NCBI GenBank assembly: GCA_903873735.1
Contig: CAIQPO010000094.1
Coordinates: 1 to 39,664, forward strand
DNA: 39,664 nt
Source: Candidatus Collierbacteria bacterium
GTDB taxonomy: Bacteria; Patescibacteriota; Microgenomatia; UBA1400; MFAQ01
Reading direction: 5' to 3'
The position numbers and the translations under genes were made by a program. The notes beneath the pieces are model-generated. The model had not been told where the DNA came from. It made no database searches and saw only the letters and a list, made by a program, of their open reading frames with translations. Shown here piece by piece: positions 34,140 to 39,664 of this stretch (positions are counted from its first letter, which is position 1; each line of letters begins with the position of its first letter).

Positions 34140-35306
34140 ATGGTGAGTATGAAAGAGACTGTAGCAGTGCTTTACGGAGGAGTTAGTCCAGAGCATGAGG
34201 TGGCGATAATCTCGGCGGTTCAAGCAATGAATGCGCTTAAAGGTGAGGGATATACAGTGGTGCCTGTGTATATTAGTAAAGAAGGAGAATGGTATTTGGG
34301 AGATGATAAATTTTTGAACCCTACTTTTTATCAAGATTTGAATAAGGTGAAGAAGGCAGGGAAGATGGTACTCTTACCAGCAAATCGTAATTTGAATCTT
34401 CTTATCAGTAGTTGGTTGGGATTTGGGCCTTATGAGAAGAATATTGATGTGTTTTTTCCAATTTTTCATGGAGCGAATGGAGAGGATGGAACGATACAGG
34501 GATTATTGGAGATGGCCAACCTGCCTTATGTGGGAGGTGGAGTGCTCGAGGGGTCTTCAGGAATGGATAAGTTTGTGACAAAGAGAATTGCAGAGAGTTT
34601 GGGGGTGAGAGTGGCTGGTGATAGATTGGTGGTTAAGGGAATGTGGAGTAAAGAGAAGCTGGCGCTACTTAAAAGAGATTTGAAATACCCGGTGTTTGTA
34701 AAACCAGCAACTCTGGGGTCGAGTATTGGGATTTCCAGGGTAGAGAGATCAGGTGATTTAGATAATGCTCTGGAAGTGGCTTTTTGCTATGACGAAAGAG
34801 TGTTGGTGGAAGATGCGGTGGACATGGAGACGGAAGTAAACATATCAGTGCTGGGTAATGGACCGTATGAGGTGAGCGTAACTGAACAGCCAGTGGCTAG
34901 TAGTAAGGTACTATCTTTTGAGGATAAATATATTTCTTCGGCAGGGAAGCAGCAGGGGATGGCGAGCGCTAAGCGAGTGATACCGGCAAATATTTCTAGT
35001 AAGCAGCTAAAAACAATTGAAGACTGGGCTAGGCAGATATTTTGGGCAATGGGTGGAAGAGGCTTGGCAAGAGTAGACTTTATGATTGATAAGAAGGGTG
35101 AGATTTATTTTAATGAGATAAATACAATCCCTGGGTCACTGGCCTTTTATTTATGGGAGCGAAGTGGTTATCCATTTCCCAAGCTGGTAAGCAAGTTGGT
35201 GGAATTGGCGCTCGAGTCTTGGAAGCGGAAACAGCAAAGAGTGACGGTGTTTGAAAGTAATATTTTGTCTGGACTGGGTAGATTGGGAGTAAAGGGAAAA
35301 GCTTAG
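34140..35306 (+). CDS. ddl: D-alanine--D-alanine ligase
   Basis: N-terminal VAVLYGGVSPEHEVAIISA, HGANGEDGTIQGLLE, an ATP-grasp core (PVFVKPATLGSSIGI), and FNEINTIPG. Confidence 0.92.
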   Translation: MVSMKETVAVLYGGVSPEHEVAIISAVQAMNALKGEGYTVVPVYISKEGEWYLGDDKFLNPTFYQDLNKVKKAGKMVLLPANRNLNLLISSWLGFGPYEKNIDVFFPIFHGANGEDGTIQGLLEMANLPYVGGGVLEGSSGMDKFVTKRIAESLGVRVAGDRLVVKGMWSKEKLALLKRDLKYPVFVKPATLGSSIGISRVERSGDLDNALEVAFCYDERVLVEDAVDMETEVNISVLGNGPYEVSVTEQPVASSKVLSFEDKYISSAGKQQGMASAKRVIPANISSKQLKTIEDWARQIFWAMGGRGLARVDFMIDKKGEIYFNEINTIPGSLAFYLWERSGYPFPKLVSKLVELALESWKRKQQRVTVFESNILSGLGRLGVKGKA

Positions 35307-35307
35307 T

Positions 35308-35336
35308 TTGACAGAGGAAGTCTATTGTCCTATAAT
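35308..35336 (+). promoter_or_regulatory. Consensus sigma70-type promoter, TTGACA-17 nt-TATAAT
   Basis: TTGACA at 35308-35313, an exactly 17-nt spacer, and TATAAT at 35331-35336. Confidence 0.75.
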
Positions 35337-35369
35337 ACTGACAAGATCTTTAATATGGAGGAGGATGCT

Positions 35370-35861
35370 ATGGCCGTTCGAGATATTCTCACAGTGATGG
35401 CTGACCAGATTCGGTGGCTGCGTGATCCTGATGAGCAGAAAGCCTATATGGCGGGAATGCTTACCGGTGTGCGGGTAGCCAAGGTGTTGGTGCTGCAGCG
35501 CATTGCCGGCAAGTTTGGTCCTAGTCTTTATGGTTTTGCCAGCAGGACTTACATGGGACCGTTGCGTCAGGGTGGTATGAGTGTCGTGGAGTTTATTCAG
35601 GGCGCAAATATCGGCACGGATGGTGTGGTGTCGCTCACGGAGGAGATGTTTTCTTGCCCGGAGATGATGCAAGACCGGCGCCTGTCACAGATATTTCAGA
35701 GGGGGTTTGAAAATGGAGTCGATGTGATTTACATTGACGGCTGCAAACACTTTCTGGAAGGATACGCTTATCCATCAAGACAAGAGGCTGAAGAGAAAGT
35801 CAAGGAATGGATGAGTGATATGGAAGTGGTTGTGACTGCGAAGATGGCTTCACTTCAATGA
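35370..35861 (+). CDS. Hypothetical protein (163 aa), compositionally foreign
   Basis: GGAGGAGGA (35357-35365) lies 4 nt before ATG 35370. An alternative start is ATG 35355, and the track start at 35325 is TTG. Sampled lines are 55-60% GC. Arg codons are mostly CGN. No recognisable motif. Confidence 0.65.
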   Translation: MAVRDILTVMADQIRWLRDPDEQKAYMAGMLTGVRVAKVLVLQRIAGKFGPSLYGFASRTYMGPLRQGGMSVVEFIQGANIGTDGVVSLTEEMFSCPEMMQDRRLSQIFQRGFENGVDVIYIDGCKHFLEGYAYPSRQEAEEKVKEWMSDMEVVVTAKMASLQ

Positions 35862-35869
35862 ATTCGTTT

Positions 35870-35892
35870 GCCGCCCTAGAGGCGGCTTTTTT
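35870..35892 (+). terminator. Intrinsic terminator of the GC-rich cassette
   Basis: GCCGCC-CTAGA-GGCGGC followed by T6. Confidence 0.8.
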
Positions 35893-35897
35893 GTGCG

Positions 35898-37283
35898 TTA
35901 AAAAGTATCAGGAAGATCGTTTTCTAAGAGAATCCAGTCGTATGACTCTGCAAGCTCATGAATAATTGGCCAGAGGTTGGTGTTGTTTGGGATATGGGTG
36001 GAATTTTTTCCGCCGAGCCCTATTTGTAGATTTTTGGTGCGCTCGGATTCGCCTACCAAAATTATTTTTTCGAAAATTTTACTAGCTTTTTCCCCTATTT
36101 CTTGATGAACTGTAGCAGTTTTGTCTCCTAGCTCAATGATGCCTGGGGTGATAAGTGCCTTTTTGCCAGGGATGTCAGATAGATCGTCTAAAATGCGATG
36201 AAAACCAGTTTCGTTTGAACTAAATGAGTTATCGATGAGGGTGCAGTTTCCAATTTTTTTTAACTCAAGTCGATGTGGGGCTGGGGTAATGGAGGAGACT
36301 GCCTTTTTGATAGTGGTGATGGGGAGCTTTAGCATGAGGCTCATGGAGATTGCCGCTGTTAGATTTTCAAGGTTTGAAGTGCCGAAAAGTGGTGAGGTAA
36401 AAGAGTAGTGATTATTTTTGTAGGAAATTGTGAAAGTTGTTCCTGAAGGTTTGAGAGTGTAATGGGAGACACGGAAGTCTGCTTTTGGGTCGTGGAGCGA
36501 GTAGGTTTTGATGTTCTTGTATTTGGCTTGCGAGAAGGTGTTTTTTATGTAGGGATTGTCGAGATTGACGAGGCAGTTTTCTTTGTTGGGGTTTGAATCG
36601 ATGATTTCGAACTTGGCTAGGGTAGTGTTTTCTAAGGTTTTGAAACGCTCGAGATGTTGGGTACCTATGGCAGTAAGAATAGAGAATTGAGGTGGAGTCA
36701 TGAAGCATAGTTCTTTTATCTCTCCCCTTTTGTATGCTCCCATTTCAGAGATAAAGAAGTGGTGTTTGGAGAGGAGCTCAAGCTTTACTACTTTGGCAAT
36801 TCCAAAGATAGTGTTGTAACTTTGAGGAGTTTTTAGGGTGAGAGTGTAACTCGCGAGAATTTGGTAGAGATAGTCTTTGACACTAGTTTTGCCAAAAGAT
36901 CCGGTAATTCCGATGGTTTTTAGGTGGGGATGAGAGAGGAGTGTTTGTCTGGTGGTATTAATTGTGTGACGGCGATTGATGGCTTCGTATGGCCAGAGAA
37001 GAAAAAGGGAAGCTATAAGAAAAGGAGGGGGGAGCAATAGAAGAAGAAACCCTGGGATTAAGGTATTGAAGAAGTTGGGTAACAAGATTATCGATTGAAT
37101 TAAGGCAAGGGTGAGTGAGAGAAAGATGATTTTTTTGACTTTGGAAGTGTAGACTAAAGGTTTTTTGTGACTAATCTGATATTTGAAGGGGTGAGTCACC
37201 CACCAGGAAAGGAACCTTCCTGGCTCGTAACCTTCTTGTTGGAGAATGGTGAGGTGGGTGATAAGGAGGGAAAAAATATTCAT
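35898..37283 (-). CDS. murF: UDP-N-acetylmuramoyl-tripeptide--D-alanyl-D-alanine ligase with an N-terminal membrane-like extension
   Basis: GITGSFGKTSVK P-loop, a Mur ligase central domain (TAIGTQHLE) and C-terminal domain (PHRLE). The first 100 aa or so are hydrophobic. Confidence 0.85.
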   Translation of the reverse strand: MNIFSLLITHLTILQQEGYEPGRFLSWWVTHPFKYQISHKKPLVYTSKVKKIIFLSLTLALIQSIILLPNFFNTLIPGFLLLLLPPPFLIASLFLLWPYEAINRRHTINTTRQTLLSHPHLKTIGITGSFGKTSVKDYLYQILASYTLTLKTPQSYNTIFGIAKVVKLELLSKHHFFISEMGAYKRGEIKELCFMTPPQFSILTAIGTQHLERFKTLENTTLAKFEIIDSNPNKENCLVNLDNPYIKNTFSQAKYKNIKTYSLHDPKADFRVSHYTLKPSGTTFTISYKNNHYSFTSPLFGTSNLENLTAAISMSLMLKLPITTIKKAVSSITPAPHRLELKKIGNCTLIDNSFSSNETGFHRILDDLSDIPGKKALITPGIIELGDKTATVHQEIGEKASKIFEKIILVGESERTKNLQIGLGGKNSTHIPNNTNLWPIIHELAESYDWILLENDLPDTF

Positions 37284-38023
37284 TTGATAGCCTGGGTGAT
37301 GATTTTGGCCAAGTCTTGAATGTGGGTAAGATGGGGGTTGTGACCAGCGCCATACATAACAGTAAGAGTGGAGTTGGGGATTTTTTCGGCGAGCAGGTTA
37401 CCGTGATATGGAATGGCTTTATCTTCACTACCCCAGATGATGGTGGTAGTTTGGGTGATTTTGTGTAGCTTTTGACTATAGTCTTCGGTAATGATTTTGG
37501 AGAGTATCTTTTTTTGGATAGGACTTGAGGCAGCGTAGTCTTTGGAGGAGATGTATGAGACTAGCTTTTGGTAGATGGCTTTGGGGAGAAGGTGGTTTAG
37601 TGGCTTTAGCCCTTTTAGAATCTTGGATTTTAGAGAGAGCTTGGGGGATCTAATGAGGGCAGGTGACACAAATATTAATTGGGAGATAATCTTGGGGTGA
37701 GTAATAGCAATCTCGGCTGCAATTTGACCTCCAAAGGAGTGTCCGAGGATGATAAGAGGAGTTTTTGTGTTTGATTTTTTGATGAAATCAAGGACAAAGT
37801 TGGCGTAGTCTGTGACTCCTGGAGTGTGAAGGGTGGGAAGAGCTGGTGTATTGCCAAATGAGGGAAGGTCGAGGGCAATAACAGTGGCGTTTTCTATTTG
37901 GTTTATGACTGGCTGCCAGAGCTGTGAATTGTGTCCCCAACCGTGAAGTAGGAGAAGAGTTTTGTTTGAGGTGGTGTCTTTTTTGAGGAAATGGGTGAGG
38001 AGTCCTGATACAACAAGTTGCAT
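37280..38023 (-). CDS. Alpha/beta-fold hydrolase (BioH/MenH-like esterase family)
   Basis: LLHGWGHNSQLW oxyanion region, GHSFGG nucleophile elbow, and C-terminal GAGHNPHL. Its stop overlaps the murF start by ATGA. Confidence 0.75.
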   Translation of the reverse strand: MQLVVSGLLTHFLKKDTTSNKTLLLLHGWGHNSQLWQPVINQIENATVIALDLPSFGNTPALPTLHTPGVTDYANFVLDFIKKSNTKTPLIILGHSFGGQIAAEIAITHPKIISQLIFVSPALIRSPKLSLKSKILKGLKPLNHLLPKAIYQKLVSYISSKDYAASSPIQKKILSKIITEDYSQKLHKITQTTTIIWGSEDKAIPYHGNLLAEKIPNSTLTVMYGAGHNPHLTHIQDLAKIITQAIK

Positions 38024-38070
38024 GGTTTATTTTAACAGGGGGGATATTTTAAGCCTATTTGTGGTGTAAA

Positions 38071-39664
38071 ATCACGATATATGGCGGGATATGATTTTAA
38101 GAAAGTTGAGGATAAATGGATAAACAGATACGATGATTTCGAGCCTTACAAAGGTAAGACTTTTTCGGAGAGAGAAAAGTTTTATATGCTAACCGAGTTC
38201 CCTTATCCTTCGGGATCTGGTCTACATGTGGGTCACGCCTTTTCAATGACTGGTGCTGATGTGTATGCAAGATTTATGAGAATGAAGGGAAAGAATGTGA
38301 TGTTTCCGATGGGTTGGGATGCTTTTGGCTTGCCGACTGAAAACTATGCAATAAAAACAGGAAAGAAACCTCAAGAAGCAACCAGAGAAAATACTGAGAA
38401 CTTCAAGAAACAAATGAAGGCTTTGGGATTTTCTTTCGACTGGGATAGAGAAATAAACACTACCCTACCTGATTATTATCACTGGACACAGTGGATATTT
38501 ATTAAGCTGTTTGAGAAGGGATTGGCGGAAAAGCAGGAGATGCCAATTAATTGGTGCCCTAGCTGTAAGATTGGCCTGGCAAATGAAGAAGTAGTGGATG
38601 GTAAGTGTGAGAGATGTGGGACTGTGGCTGGAGAGAAGAAACTATCTCAATGGGTTGTAAAGATAACCAAGTACGCCGATAGATTGATTGAGGGTTTGAA
38701 AAGTACTGATTTTATAGAGAAAGTAAAAGCGGCTCAGATAAATTGGATTGATAAAAAAGTGGGAGCAAAAATTAGATTTGAGGTGGTAGGTGGCGGGCAG
38801 ATTGAGGTATTCACCACTAGACCTGACACTTTGGGTGGAGCGACTTTTTTAGTGATTTCTCCAGAACATAATTTGGTGGAAGAGCTAATGGATAGAGGTG
38901 AGGTGTCTGACTATGTGAGACAAGCTGAAAAAAAGAGTGATATTGAAAGAGCAAGGGCGGATAGAGAAAAGACAGGAGTGTTTTCCGGCAAGATGGCGAT
39001 AAATCCATTGACTGGTAGAGAGATACCGGTGTGGATTGCTGATTATGTACTTTCTGGATATGGTACTGGGGCGATAATGGCTGTGCCGAATATTGATGAG
39101 CGGGATGGAGAGATGGCAAAGAAGTATGGATTGAGTGTGGATTGGGAGTTTAAACCTGATGACAGTGCGATTGATTTAGTTGTGGAAAAGGGAATTGGGG
39201 AAAGAGCAGAGACATACCATTTAAGAGACTGGATTTTTAGTAGACAACATTATTGGGGTGAGCCTATTCCGATGGTGAATTGTGCGAAGTGTGGTTGGGT
39301 GAGTGTACCTGAAGAGCAGTTACCGGTGATGCTGCCGGAGGTGGAAAAATATCAGCCGACAGATACCGGTGAGTCACCTCTTGCTAATCTTACTGACTGG
39401 GTGAAAACAGTGTGTCCGAAGTGTGGCGGCTTGGCAAGTAGGGAGACAGATACGATGCCAAATTGGGCGGGATCTGACTGGTATTTTTTAAGATATTGTG
39501 ATCCGAAAAATGAAAGGGCGTTTGCGGGATTTGATGAGATGAAGTATTGGATGCCGGTTGATGTGTATGTGGGTGGAGATGAGCATAACACCCTGCACTT
39601 GCTCTACAGCAGATTCATCTATCAGTTTTTGTTTGATTTGGGAGTAGTGCCTAGTGATTGCCCA
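38071..39664 (+). CDS. leuS: Leucine--tRNA ligase, 3'-partial (runs off the window; absent from the supplied ORF track)
   Basis: My own translation from ATG 38071 gives MAGYDFKKVEDKWINRY...FYMLTEFPYPSGSGLHVGHAFSMTGADVYARFMRMKGKNVMFPMGWDAFGLPTENYA. This includes the HIGH-type motif and a CP1 zinc knuckle (CPSCK...CERCG). There is no in-frame stop to position 39664. Confidence 0.9.

Noticed and set aside
35322-35672. 116-aa - strand ORF antisense to the GC-rich cassette gene.
   Set aside because: This is a typical shadow ORF of a GC-rich gene. It is His/Arg/Thr-rich and low-complexity, with no start signals. The sense ORF has the promoter, the SD and the terminator.
1-39664. CRISPR arrays, transposases or IS elements, integrases, prophage genes, toxin-antitoxin pairs and recognisable defence systems.
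   Set aside because: I saw no regularly spaced direct repeats and no DDE, serine or tyrosine recombinase motifs. Apart from the ABC transporter and the housekeeping enzymes, I saw no large ATPase, nuclease or methylase genes. The only horizontally acquired-looking segment is the single-gene cassette at 35308-35892.

Overview
This 39.7-kb window is low-GC, gene-dense, housekeeping-type bacterial chromosome. About 34 of 39 genes lie on the + strand, and the + strand is strongly G-rich.

Main content:
- Six aminoacyl-tRNA ligases: argS, lysS, thrS, hisS, tyrS, and a 3'-partial leuS that the ORF track does not list.
- A scattered peptidoglycan-precursor set: murB, alr, murE, murA, ddl, murF.
- pth, a 5'-partial ATP-dependent DNA ligase, trxA-trxB behind a CsoR/CstR-family regulator, and a long RelA/SpoT homolog.
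- Transporters: DedA, CaCA, MFS, and an ABC exporter.

I saw no rRNA, tRNA, CRISPR array, transposase or integrase. The gene content and the near-absence of Shine-Dalgarno sequences suggest a small-genome uncultivated lineage such as Patescibacteria/CPR. That is inference only.

Most interesting items:
1. A GC-rich single-gene cassette between ddl and murF, with a consensus promoter, a strong SD and its own terminator (35308-35892).
2. A translationally coupled four-gene amino-acid-modifying cassette at 21871-26528: PLP decarboxylase, HisC-like aminotransferase, GNAT-like protein, and an OSBS/NSAR enolase-superfamily enzyme.
3. A 340-nt G/C-balanced, highly structured non-coding region upstream of thrS (15428-15768) that I could not assign to any known RNA class.
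4. A two-Cys (His-less) CsoR-family regulator with an operator-like palindrome in front of trxAB.
5. An RSH protein with an intact hydrolase domain but a degenerate synthetase domain.
6. Tandem divergent RmlC-like cupins.
7. A recurrent -10 box placed 4-11 nt before the ATG, suggesting leaderless mRNAs.

All functional calls come from motif recognition by eye. No database search was run.
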